DNA of 64,000 bases from NCBI GenBank assembly GCA_964016885.1, contig OZ024741.1, forward strand, positions 357,864,001 to 357,928,000, written 5' to 3'. The first letter of the stretch is position 1. Every line of letters starts with the position of its first letter. The stretch comes from Eledone cirrhosa. Its lineage: Eukaryota. The notes under the pieces were generated by a model that was not told the DNA's origin, did no database searches, and was given only the letters and a program-made list of their open reading frames with translations. Position numbers and translations under genes: made by a program. Of this stretch, positions 51,403-62,861 are shown piece by piece.

Positions 51403-53180
51403 TCATCATCACCGTTTTACGTCTGTTCTTCCATGCTAGCATAGGTTAGACGGGTTGTCCTGTTGTGGGCAGTGTCTGGTCGGCTGACCATGCCTTCCTC
51501 ATACAGGAACTGATTTTAGCTTGATTTCTACAGCTGGATGCCCTTCCTAAACACCAACCTCATTTACAGTGAGTGCTGGGTGCTTTTTCCGTGGCGCCTA
51601 CACGTCCATTTTACAGTGTGGTCTGGGTGCTTTTTTGCTGTGGCACCTCCACAACCCCTTTGCAGTGGGAGGGTGTGGGGCATATTGTCTATATGCTTCA
51701 GCTTGTACCCATGGGAGGTCGGGTACTCTGTATTACTGCGTGACGCCAGAGGTCACGGGCGTGTGTCATCACCTTTGAGGGATGTAATTGGGTAAGGTCG
51801 GCTTTTATCACCTCATCCCAGGTCGCCCCACTCCACGGTTTCTATTGACTTCTAGTGCTCTGCACCTTTTTATGCAGCTGTCATCCTTCATACGCATCAC
51901 ATGTCCATACCAACGCAACCGCCTCTCCTGCACACAGCATTTGATTCCTCTTATGCTCAGTCTCTCTCTCAATCCATTTATGCTTTGTCGTTCGCGTATA
52001 TGACTATAACACATCCATCAGAGCATGCAGGCTTCGTTTCTTTCTAATCTACGTAAGTCTTCCACCTTCAGCGCCCAGGTCTCACTACCATGTAACATTG
52101 CTGTTCGGATACACGCATCATACAGTCTGCTGTTCATTTTGAGGGAGAAGCTTTTGCAGCTAGCAGTGACAGTAGTTCCCTGAACTTCTTCCATCCCGTT
52201 CTTACCCTAGTTATTGTACTTTCTGAACACCCACCTCCGCTGTTAATTCGGTCATCTAGGTAGCAGAAGCTGTCTACTGTCTCCCAGAGATTGGTGGTAC
52301 TTGTTTCCTGTGGCTGTTTGCTGCTTGCTGTCCCAGCACAGCTGCTGCATGTGAAGCCTACATTCTTAATTAAGCTTCCTGAGATCCCGCTACATTTCTT
52401 GTGTACCCATTGTTTGCATTTGGGGCAGAGAATGGAGTTCCTACCTACACCTTTCCTACATACTGAGGGGATCTGGGTTCTGTTTTCTCGTCTACTTACA
52501 AGGACCTTAGTCTTTGTCATGTTGACTTTGAAACCCTTTCTTTCTAGTCCCTGCTTCCAAGTTTGGAATTTCTTCTCTAGTTCTACCATAGATTCAGCTA
52601 TAAGTGCGAGGTCATCAGCATACAGGAGTTCCCATGGGCATCCGGTCTTAAACTCGTCCGTTATTGCCTGCAGGACTATGATGAACAGGAGAGGGCTAAG
52701 AACAGAGCCCTGGTGGACACCAACCTGTATGCTAAATTCCTCGCCATACTCATTGCTAATCCTAACTTTGCTGACTGCTCCCCTATACATGGCTTGTACA
52801 GCTTTCACAAGCCATTCATCTACTCCTAGTTTTCTAAGAGCCCACCAGATTACAGCACGTGGAACTCTGTCAAAGGCTTTCTCGAGATCGACGAATGCCA
52901 GGTAGAGTGGCTTACTTTTAGCTAGGTACTTTTCCTGTAACTGCCTCACAAGGAAGAGGGCATCAGTAGTGGCTCTTCCTGGTACAAACCCAAATTGCAT
53001 CTCATCTATTTTCACCCGGTCCCTAATCAACTATGCTATAACTCTTTCTGTTACTTTCATGACCTGGTCCATCAGCTTTATACCTCTTTAGATTCCTCTA
53101 CCTAGTGCATCACCTTTACCTTTGTAGCAGTTGACAATGATGCTACTGCACCAATCTTTTGGTATGACACCTTCTAGTAT
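51403..53180 (-). mobile_element. 5'-truncated, inactivated RTE-clade non-LTR retrotransposon (reverse transcriptase C-terminal part, 3' region and (GAT)n tail)
   Basis: RT motifs QFGF, LAFVDLEKAFDRVPR, GVHQGSVLSPLLF and LLYADDLAL in ORF 52134-53030. The C-terminal RRLRWYGHVMR...RGVGRP lies at 51808-52014. There are in-frame stops upstream (~53030-53090), a frameshift near 52134, and a (CAT)n tail at 51403. Confidence 0.93.
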
Positions 53181-53204
53181 TACCTAGTATTACCTTCTAG
53201 TATC

Positions 53205-53406
53205 AAACTGACCAATTTTATTGTTTCATTTCTACTCTACTAATTAAAAACCATTAATCTGGATACCTAAATATGGAATGTTACGCGCTGGGGCTCCCCC
53301 ACAGCCCCGGCGGACAGGATGGAGAAACTGACCAATTTTATTGGTCCATTTCTACTCTACTAATTAAAAACCATTAATTGGATACCTAAATATGGAATGT
53401 TACGCG
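53205..53406. repeat. Direct repeat, ~83-bp unit x2 (period 120) with a GC-rich spacer
   Basis: AAACTGACCAATTTTATTG...AAATATGGAATGTTACGCG at 53205-53287 and 53325-53406. Confidence 0.9.
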
Positions 53407-53526
53407 ATGCCTAGGGCCAAGGACACCAGAAGTCTCCACCGCAAACCTGTGAGAGTGACCGGTATTTGAGGAGCTTTAGTGACACAAATTCTTGATAGTT
53501 TTCAAAATTATTTGAAAATAATAGCA

Positions 53527-55436
53527 TCTTTCATTAGAAATATAACAAAATGGTTAAGCTGTTGTTTTAAGCATAACTTAACGAAGGTCCTTACATAAAA
53601 TTATGCCAGGAAATTTTTAGATAAATATAAACACTTTAAAACAGTTTTGTATCAAAGAATCAAAAGGGTTAAGTGAAACTGAATAAATAGTTTTAATTAA
53701 TTTGAAAGTATTATTGAACAGAATATAACCTTTGAAATAAAATGTTTATTGATTATTCAGAGAAAGAAGAGCAGTAACTATGATCCTTTCTTAGGAATTC
53801 ATGAGGGAAGAGGAGGAAAGGTATCCACAAACTGGAAGTCCAGTCAGACTGCTTGTAATAGAGTGGACTTTGCTAAAGGCACCCATTGACTAAGTGGTAG
53901 TTTAAAGCAGGTGAGGGATTAAGTCTACTACCCAAGCAAGCCATAGTGTGATTTAAGAGCTGGAACAAATACCATAAATCATCTCATTTAATGCTCTAAC
54001 GTTTATGCCAATTCACTGATCTAGACTGGTTTTTAGGTGGCAAAATAAAGCACCAAAGTGCTGGGAAGCAAACCATACATGAAAATATATCTTTCTAAAA
54101 AATATAGAGAAATCCATGTCCAGGAGTAAATCATATATCTAAATATTGGAAAAATGTCAACAATATTCACTGAAATATTTCAAATTTAATTTTATTCCTT
54201 TGATCACTAATTCAATATTCTAAGGTTTCTATCTAGCTGGATGATCAATGTTTAGAGGTTTTTATATTTACATGTCTATTTAAATTACTTCAATCACAAT
54301 GAAAAGAAAAAGCATTGTTGGTGAACATCACTTCAAAATATAGTTTAACCCTTTAGCATTTAAACTGGCCATATCCGAGCAGAATTCTCTAACTCTTTCT
54401 ATTTAAACTGGCCATAACCAGCCACTCATACTGATGTTAGGTATTGTTCTCAAAATGAATAATATCAAAATCTCATAGATTCGATATTATGTGAGGTAAA
54501 GCCTTTATCATCAAAATACAACAGTAACTATAGAGTAATGTAAATGCTAAAGGGTCAAATCTCAAATAATTGGATTTTGTGTCAAACTCTGAAATTCCTC
54601 GTTGTTACTAGATTGATTCCCTCTAACAGCTACTTCTCAAAAGGTGCCTCCTTTGATTTGGTCAAGTATTCTATGCACCCAACTGCAATAAAGTTGCACT
54701 AGGTTTCTTCTGGAATGGAGTAGACAGCAAGGTGGACATCTGAATATATGAACTGGCACAATCAATCTAGATATTGAGCTTATGTCTGGTCCTTACATAT
54801 ATGGTATCTGTTGTTGGAATTGTGACTGACAATATCCATGACAGACATCCGTAATTAAAGTGCATGGCCAGCCTCAGTTTACAATACTGTGGATTCACTG
54901 GTTGGAGCCAACTCAACCCATCCTGGGTGAATGCTGACACATGTATCAGTACAAAGTAGGTCTACTTTGTGTTGGCTTGAATCCAAGAAGGTAAAAAATG
55001 AAGTGGTACAAACTAAATGCATTATTTATCAGTTGTCAATATTATTTATCATTATTACCAAAACTAGAAAAAATTCCCAACACTACCACAAATGCTTTTT
55101 GTAATCATTATCTCTGATGGGGCTAGGATTAGCAATTATAGGCAATGTCTTCCATTAGAAATATAACAAAATGGTTAAGCTGTTGTTTTAAACATAACTT
55201 AACTAAGGTCCTTATATAAAATTATGCCAGGAGATTTTTCGATAAATATATTTTGTATCGTCTCAAGTGATTTGATATCAAAAGGGTTAAGTGATACTAA
55301 AAAATAGTTTCAATTAATTTGAAAGTATTATTGAACAGAATATAATCTTCGAAAAAAATGATCTACTGATTATTCAGAGAAGGAAGAGCAGTGCTCATGG
55401 GAATTTATGACTGAGGAGAAAGAGGAAAGGTATCCA
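53527..55436. repeat. Dispersed direct duplication of ~290 bp (53527-53826 and 55148-55436)
   Basis: Shared CATTAGAAATATAACAAAATGGTTAAGCTGTTGTTTTAA...AAAAGGGTTAAGTGA...GATTATTCAGAGAA...GAGGAAAGGTATCCA. Confidence 0.85.
54349..54554. mobile_element. piggyBac-like MITE family B, intact 206 bp
   Basis: TTAA|CCCTTTAGCATTTA...TAAATGCTAAAGGG|TCAA, with perfect 14-bp TIRs. Confidence 0.85.
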
Positions 55437-56163
55437 TGACAAGCTTCTCTACTTTGTCTTATCCTCTGCAATCTCTTCTTCAACATCTTACTTTTCATTT
55501 CCTCCTCTATCATCTTTAGCCATGTCTTTCTTAGTCTTCCCCTTCTTCTACTCCCTTCCACTTTCATTTCTAGTGCTCCTCTCACATTCACCCAAGACTC
55601 CTTCAACTCTATGTAAAGCGAAACATTGAATTCACTGAAAACATTGTTTATAAAGAAGCATTAAAGCTGTTTAACCTCAAGTCAGCTAAGCAGACCTCTG
55701 GTCAAAATTCAAATTTCTAACCATCAATCTATTTATGTCCATTTTTCTATGCTGGCATGGGTTGGATGAGACTTCTATGCACATCTCACTCTAACCACTG
55801 TCACAGAGTTCAATCCACCATCTCCATTCAACATGTCTCTTAGGTTGACAAAACGTTTGCATACCTTATATATACATCATAATGTTTATGGAAAAACTAA
55901 TGCAAATTTTGCATGTTTAAAAAGAATTATGCATAAATAAAATTACTCTAAAAATTATGTATCCACATCTGCATTATTAGAATAAGTTGCTTTTTGCAGC
56001 TAATTAACATCAATTGCACAATTGTGAAGCAGTATCTACTTTTACAATTAGACCAACTGAATCAAGCACAATGGACCTTGTCAAGATGAACAACAAAATG
56101 GTTCTAACATAAGACTTGAACTCAATGCTTTATAAGCATCTTCATCTTATAGACTGATTAGAG

Positions 56164-56476
56164 TAGGGTTTCTCAAACTGGGTTCCATGAGATAATATAT
56201 CTTTTAATAGAATTCATCATCATCATCATCACTATTTAGTGTCTATTCACCATGCCTGCATGGGTTGAACAGGCTGTTACATTACAAGGTCAGGTATATA
56301 AAAAAAACACTAAATTTTTTTTAAAGATTTTCTCTAAAATAATTTTTATTTCCTTTAATGTATAAACAAAATAAAAACAGCTGATAGGAATTATCCATTA
56401 AAAATATAGGCATGGAGTCCACAATTTTTGGAAAATCATAAAAGGGTTTCATGTCAAAATAAGTTAGGGAAACTCT
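56164..56476. mobile_element. Possible degenerate hAT/Charlie-like MITE
   Basis: The ends TAGGGTTTCTCAAACT and AGTTAGGGAAACTCTA resemble CAGGGGTTCTCAAACT-type TIRs; no clear TSD. Confidence 0.35.
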
Positions 56477-56669
56477 AGACTAACACAATATTAAAAAAAA
56501 ATTTGAAATTAGATATTAGGCTAGACTGAAGTGGTTTACAATTTGGTAAAGACTAAAATGTATGTGTGCTAAATTATTTTATTAACCTAAGCATAATGTT
56601 CTTGTTAAAGAAGTATTGTCAATTGACCCGATTTCAACATATTACTTTGCCAAATGTCAAATTAAGTGC

Positions 56670-56830
56670 TGAGTTATTAGAGCATTGAATTAAATGTGTT
56701 AGTATTTGTTCCAGCTCTCTGTGTTCTAAGTTCAAATCCAATGCTTCATCCTTTGAGTCAAAGTACCAGTCCAGGAGATTGGCAGAATTGCTAAAGCATC
56801 AGACAAGAAACCAAACTAGATATAAAGTAC
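56670..56830 (+). mobile_element. Degenerate tRNA-SINE fragments
   Basis: AAGTTCAAATCC B-box, GCTTCATCCTTTG...AAAGTACCAG core remnants, and a GGAGATTGGCAGAATTG head. Confidence 0.5.
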
Positions 56831-56885
56831 CTGGTCCAGTTTTCTGTTGCTCTCTAAATTGAATTCATAAAACATATTTACTTAC

Positions 56886-57276
56886 CCATTCAAAGGATCC
56901 AGAGCAATAGCTCGTGGTTGATCTAAATTTTCCCAAAATAATATTTTACGAAATGATCCATTCAAATTACTGACTTCAATTCGATTAGTTTCAGAATCGG
57001 TCCAATAAAGCTTTTTTCCTAGCCAATCAAGGGCTAAACCATCTGGTGATAACAAACCAAATGTAATCACATTGGTGCTGGTTTGGGAACCATTTATATA
57101 GGTTCTTTTAATCATTTCCAAGCTGACATCAGTCCAAAAGACTGAGTTTTCAGCATAGAAAAAATCCACTGCAGCAGCATCTTCAAGGCCACTGATTATC
57201 ACGGAGGAATTCTGGGAGTCTGCTGCATCAACAAGACGCACATCTTTGCGATTAGCAAACAACAACAGTGGTGAAC
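56886..57276 (-). CDS. LRP5/6: Internal coding exon (equivalent to vertebrate exon 2) of LDL receptor-related protein 5/6 (arrow), N-terminal part of YWTD beta-propeller 1
   Basis: Translation [17 protein letters not shown]...[10 protein letters not shown]...[12 protein letters not shown]...[58 protein letters not shown] closely matches LRP5/LRP6 propeller 1 as I recall it. Acceptor TATTTCTATTTCAG|G at 57277/57276 (phase 1); donor GG|GTAAGT at 56886/56885 (phase 2); 391 bp. Confidence 0.96.
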
Positions 57277-57331
57277 CTGAAATAGAAATATGACAGAAAC
57301 ATTAATTTCATCTAAATATTTAAGATTCATC

Positions 57332-57580
57332 TATCCTTTACATTACCATATTTCTAATGAAATCCACTACCTATGATTTTCAAATAATTTTGAAAATAAT
57401 CAAGAATTTACAGGGATTTAAAAATATAACATTCTTGTTATTAAAACAGTTGTTTGGAACATAAAGGTTTTTTCATAAAATTATGATAGAAAGTTTTTAG
57501 ATAAATATAAATACTTTAAAAAACAGTTTTGAATCATAGAATCGTGGCAGTTTCAGAGGGTTTGGTATCAAAAGGGTTAA
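57332..57580. mobile_element. TTAA-MITE family A copy
   Basis: Interior similar to 1467-1717; right end TGGTATCAAAAGGG|TTAA. Confidence 0.7.
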
Positions 57581-59400
57581 ATGGCAGATAGAATTAAATA
57601 AATTAGTTACACTCATATCCACAACTCTCTGGGCCAAGACTTTCCTACCTCAAGACCACTTTACAACAAACAGGAAATGCATGCATATAGCAGAAACCCT
57701 AAGCCAATAATATTCGTATTTATATCCTTCTCTTAAACACCTCAGAGGAACAGTATCAAACTACCATATTTCAGTACAGAAAAAAATTACCCAACTCGCT
57801 CACTGGCTGTCCATCAATTTGATTATTAAGTTGCCTCTCTCCATCGAATATAGTGATCATGTCCCTGATGAGCACACAAATATAATCGATATACAATGCC
57901 AATATGTGAAACAGATCCAGGGAGAAGCCAAACATGGATGAAAAAAAAACCCCACTGTTACTGTTGGCTGACCAAATTTGAGAATGGTGATGGGCTACCT
58001 TTCAATCATTCAATTGCCTGGCTCATTCAGTTTCAAACTGTTGCACACTATTCCAAAAAAGATGTTACTTCAGTTGGTTTTTTCAACCTTCCTAAGACAA
58101 CGCCATTGACAAGAATCCTCTTCTTAAGGACCACTTATATTCCACAAAGTTATTGTACTAGTCACACATGAAAAAATAGATAATCCTATGGACAAGCTTT
58201 AATTTGCACAAATATTAGACATTTTCTGCTAAACATGATATCCTATTTATATATTTTCTGAACTGATACTCTAAAGGCATATGTAAGAGGAGTAGCATAA
58301 CATACATCTATCTACACATATCTAAAATATATGGAGCAGTGTACCATATCTATATATATGAAAAAATGTTTTCTATTAATAACTTTAAAAACTTGTTGGC
58401 TATTTCAATTAACCGATAATCACTTAGCTCTAACTGGAACTTTGTAATATTATGCAAATATGTTATTTTCTTTTCTGGTTCAAGAAGCAAAAAAAAAAAA
58501 ATAAAAAGAAAGAAATTTGATCAAATATCTTTGATAACCTCCGGTATCACTGAGGATCTCTTCTGGGTAACATACATAGTTAACAGATTTCATCTCAATG
58601 ACTGGACTTTCTCTTCAGAGACAGAAAATACTTCACTCCCCAACAACTACTAACCCTCTCCAACGCTCAGGTAAGACTCATAATGGAATACAACACTCAC
58701 ATCTAGGGACATATTGGACAACGTAGTCATAGATATTAAAAAATACAGGATGACCATGGCGAGAACATTTTTTATCATAAGTCTGCTACATTAATGAGGC
58801 TAAACAACAATATAAGTCTAAAAACATCTGCCTGTAAAATTCTGTCTCAGAAAGAAGTCTTACCCAACCCATGCCAGCCTGGAAAAATAGACATAAATAG
58901 AATGATGGTCATACATGAGCACCTTTAACTTTAACCAGAGGTCTGCTTGAGCTGACTTGAGGCTAAACAACTTTAATGCTTCTTTATACACAATGTTTTC
59001 AGTGAATTCAATGTTTCACTTTTACATAGAGTTCAAGGAGTTTTGGGATGAAAGTGACAGAGTGAGAGGACTGAGAGAGATGAAAGTGGAAGGAGAAGAC
59101 CAAAAAAGACATGGCTAAAGATGATAGAGGAGGAAATGAAAGCCAAGATGTTGAAGAGGGGGTTTGCAAAACATAAGACAAAATAGAGAAGCTTGTCATG
59201 GGGCCTACATGGTTAACCCCTGTCCTAGCAGGGAAAATAAGCATTAAAAAGCTTTAGTGGTAGTGTTTTACCGTTTTTCCCTTTTTATTTATACATTAGA
59301 ATTACACTATTGCACATCAGGTGTTGGTTTGGAACTTTGTCAGTGGGAAAGAGAAAATGACAGCCAGGGATTTGATGTGGTATGGTGCAGATTACATTAA

Positions 59401-59402
<2 letters not shown>

Positions 59403-59470
<68 letters not shown>
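59403..59470. repeat. (GT)34 microsatellite
   Basis: Read directly. Confidence 0.97.
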
Positions 59471-59474
<4 letters not shown>

Positions 59475-60996
59475 TCAACTAAAAAGCCCAGCAGTTTTAT
59501 TGATTTATATCTATTTTTATGGAGCTGTGGATGCAGACCAGGTAGTGCAGGGTGGGGCAGGTTGGGTAATTTATCAAAATGAATACAAGAATTTCACTTA
59601 TTTTGCCTAAAGTTTGATCTTTCCTGCTAGATGATATGTTAAAGTGATTTAGAAGGCTCATAATGTAGTGAATTTGAAATTGTGGCCTATTCCTCTATAG
59701 AGCATGATTTAAACCAAACCAGATACTACATTACAAGAATTCTCTACTACATGTATGTACCTAATGTTACCTAAGCAACTAAGATGCAGAAGTTTAATAT
59801 TCTCTCTTCATGCACAACTCTAATATAATGTAACTTTGGTTTTGCTATCTAACATTGAATTTAAAATTGTTATTTGGGTTGATTTGATTCATGGCATAAA
59901 GTTAGCAAAGAAACTGTATACAATAAAATGTTTCTTATCTGTTTAAAATCTCAATTAGATTGAATGGTGGTGGTTAGAATTATAGTGTTTATAGTGTATT
60001 ACTAATAAACTAATTGTTCAACCAGTTTTATTTACAAGTAATTTGAAGTAAATTAAGCTCAATTGTTGTATGACAAGTTTAATGCGTCAAAATAAAATGC
60101 TACCTGACAGAGTAAATAAACCTAACCATTTACTAATGTCATTCAATTCTATTACTGTAATTTGCTTAATCTAACTCTTTTGTGACTGTATTTCTAATGT
60201 AATACACTTCATTTCAATATTTCACTACTAAGACAGCAATTTAACATATGGTTCTTATATAAAATTATATTGAAAGATTTTAATTTAAATTAGGTGTCAC
60301 CAACCTCTATTGCACATTTTCTTTGAGAGCATCCAAAAAGAAATATTCTAATACATCATTTGAGAAATTTGGATGAATATTTTAGGAAATATGTCAATTT
60401 AAATGGTCAACAAATTGATCGAAATCATGCCTAATTAGGCCTAAATGAATAATTAGCCATATTAGTGATCTCATATCGTTGAAACTGAGGTGATAATTAT
60501 CTTCAAATTACAAATTAATAGTGTCCATGAGAGAACAGTGGCCTATTTCTTTTTTAGGTTCTTGAAAATGAAACTTTTTTTGGCAATTTTTAAAATATTT
60601 ATATAAAACCTATTTTATTGCAAGTAACGATCAATTTTGTGACACACGCGCGTAAGCTTTTCATATTTTCAGACTTAGCTAAATCTAAAAGTACAAGCCA
60701 CAGGAACACGAGTTTTGGCACATTTATAGTAGGTATAAAATTAAATAAATTGTGAGATATTGAGACATTTCAATAAAATTTTAATGGACTATCAATAATG
60801 GCTATAAACAATTAAATTATAGTGATTAAAGGTTGTCGTGACATTTTCAGACATGATTATATTGCAAACTGTAAGGGGCTCAGTTTTGATACACTGATAC
60901 GGGGTATAAAAATGAATCCTCTCTGTAAGTTTGGAGTTTTGCAATACATTTAATAGGTATCCCTGTAGAACTCTATGGAAGGAGCAACACGCACAG

Positions 60997-62013
60997 TTTG
61001 CTTGATCATTTCCATGTCAAATACATTTTTTCTGTAGACAATTATATATATCATTTGAAAATTTTGGATGTGAACTTGCTTCTCTCATACTTTTGAGCAA
61101 AATCTGACACATATTATGCCAGGTTGCGAATTCAATATGGCCATTGCCAAGGTTTAAAAGTTAACAAAAATATTACTAACATTCCTGTGATATTTATCAG
61201 TAAAATTATTCAATTTTATATAATTATTAATGAAACTTTCTCAGAATCGTATGTAGACCTAGATTAAAAAAACAAACAAACAAAATCTGAAAACTAATTC
61301 TTGTAAGCAAACTTGTTAGTAGGAGAGAGAAAAAGACAAATTGGCACTACTTCTGAAAATGTAAACACTACCACAAATTGTTCAACTGTATTCAAAATTG
61401 GAAAGAAAACCAAAAGAAAAAATAATATTCACTGCACAATGTAATTTTTATTGGTGAAATTTGAACAATATTTCTCAATGAAAACGAAAAACCTCGCTCG
61501 CCAGATGTTAAAACATTCTCAATAAGATGATTCCATGCTAATTTGGGGCTCTAGAACACTTATATAGCTCAATGTAGTGCATTTTTTCATAGAAATATAT
61601 GCTTACTTAACAATTAATTTGTTCATTACTTGAAATTCTGACTCCAATTCAATATTTGAAGCCTTGGATTTGTGTTCAGTTTCAGCTCTCACTGCTCGAG
61701 AATGCACCATTTTCAACAAGTAGTGTCAATATGCATTACGAACATGCATGGTATTCCCACTTTTATTGACTTTGCGCTTTTGTGCAATCTAGTGGCCGGA
61801 CTCAACAATGGCTGTATTGAATTTGCAAGAAAACGGGGCAAACGTTGTAAAAGGGTGGAAATACGAAGGTGATTGAGGGGATCTGGCATGATATGTATGT
61901 AAGTATCAGTTTTTGATCAAAAGTATATGAGGAGAAAGTTCACATCCAGAACTTTCAAATATATAATTGTCCACAGAAAAAAATGTATATTGACATGAAA
62001 TTGATCAAGCAAA
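60997..62013. mobile_element. Inverted repeat pair (arms 60997-61122 and 61883-62013), probable remnant of a long-TIR DNA transposon
   Basis: TTTGCTTGATCA...CATGTCAA...TGGATGTGAACTT...TCATACTTTTGA...ATGCCAG against CTGGCAT...TCAAAAGTAT...AAGTTCACATCCA...TTGACATG...TGATCAAGCAAA. Confidence 0.7.
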
Positions 62014-62402
62014 AAGTGGATTTTTGCATGATGAAACTGTTACTATCGCCCCCCCCCCCTTTTGTAGCTCTGTGATACCTATTTAAATAGAAACCCTTTA
62101 AAATGAGTAGCTTTGTTTAAAAAAAACAGCACGTTTTGAGTGGGTTGGTGGGTGGGTTGGTATCAAGAAGGTTAATATACTGAACCTCAGAAGTACTCTT
62201 AATATTATGGGTCTTCAGCCTGAGGTAAATTTGTTAATTCTTGATTTGTAAATACTTTTTACTATTATAATTAAAAACTGTTTTCTTCAGTTGTGAAGAA
62301 AATTTAAAATAGACCTGTTTTTTTTACTAAAATATGTTTTGTATACGTAGCTGATCTCTTGAACAAAGTGCTGAGAAGATAAAGTTAATAAAAATAATGA
62401 TG

Positions 62403-62861
62403 TGCTCATGCTCTGAGATGCTATAAAATAGCTTATAAAATAGGGTGAAGACCCTTTAAAGATGGGAAAAGGAAGTTGCCATCGGCCACTATGAATAATT
62501 GAATCCCATATCTGCCAGATACCGGCTAAGTGCTTTAGACCATACCATCTTAATTTAGATAGCTGAATCACAGTTTTCAGATATCAACAAAATCCTAGTA
62601 AACAAAGATTGTGTATACATAACTGATCTCCTTTTCACAAAGTACTGAGAAGCTATAAAATAGCTTATGAAATAATGTGAAGACTCTTTAAAGAAGGGAA
62701 AAGTTGCCATTAGCCCCTATGAACCCCATATTTCCCAGATACTGGTTATCTGGGAGGTATAAGGTTCGATTCCTCATAGCAGCAGATGACAACTTTTTCT
62801 ATCTTTAAAGGGTCCTCACCCTATTTTATAAGCTATTTTATAGCATCTCTGTGCATGAGCA
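62403..62861. mobile_element. Foldback/MITE-like element with ~60-bp near-perfect TIRs and an internal duplicate of the left arm
   Basis: TGCTCATG...GAGATGCTATAAAATAGCTTATAAAATAGGGTGAAGACCCTTTAAAGAT (62403-62463) is reverse-complementary to 62801-62861. A second copy of the left arm starts at ~62651. Confidence 0.75.

Larger units (their letters stand above)
55434..59201. repeat. Inverted repeat pair (arms 55434-55765 and 58864-59201) bracketing the LRP5/6 exon
   Basis: For example AAACATTGAATTCACTGAAAACATTGTTTATAAAGAAGCATTAAAG against the reverse complement of CTTTAATGCTTCTTTATACACAATGTTTTCAGTGAATTCAATGTTT. The arms include an RTE C-terminal fragment (KVEGSRRRGRLRKTW). Confidence 0.9.

Noticed and set aside
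52291-52905. 204-aa plus-strand ORF
   Set aside because: Antisense shadow of the RTE reverse transcriptase ORF.
56882-57265. ORF-track start (M) and stop for the LRP5/6 fragment
   Set aside because: The apparent start is an internal Leu codon and the stop is the TAA inside the GTAAGT donor; the real limits are the splice sites at 57276 and 56886.
59342-59354. AGTGGGAAAGAGA resembling the satellite monomer
   Set aside because: Only ~12 bp of purine-rich match; compatible with chance.
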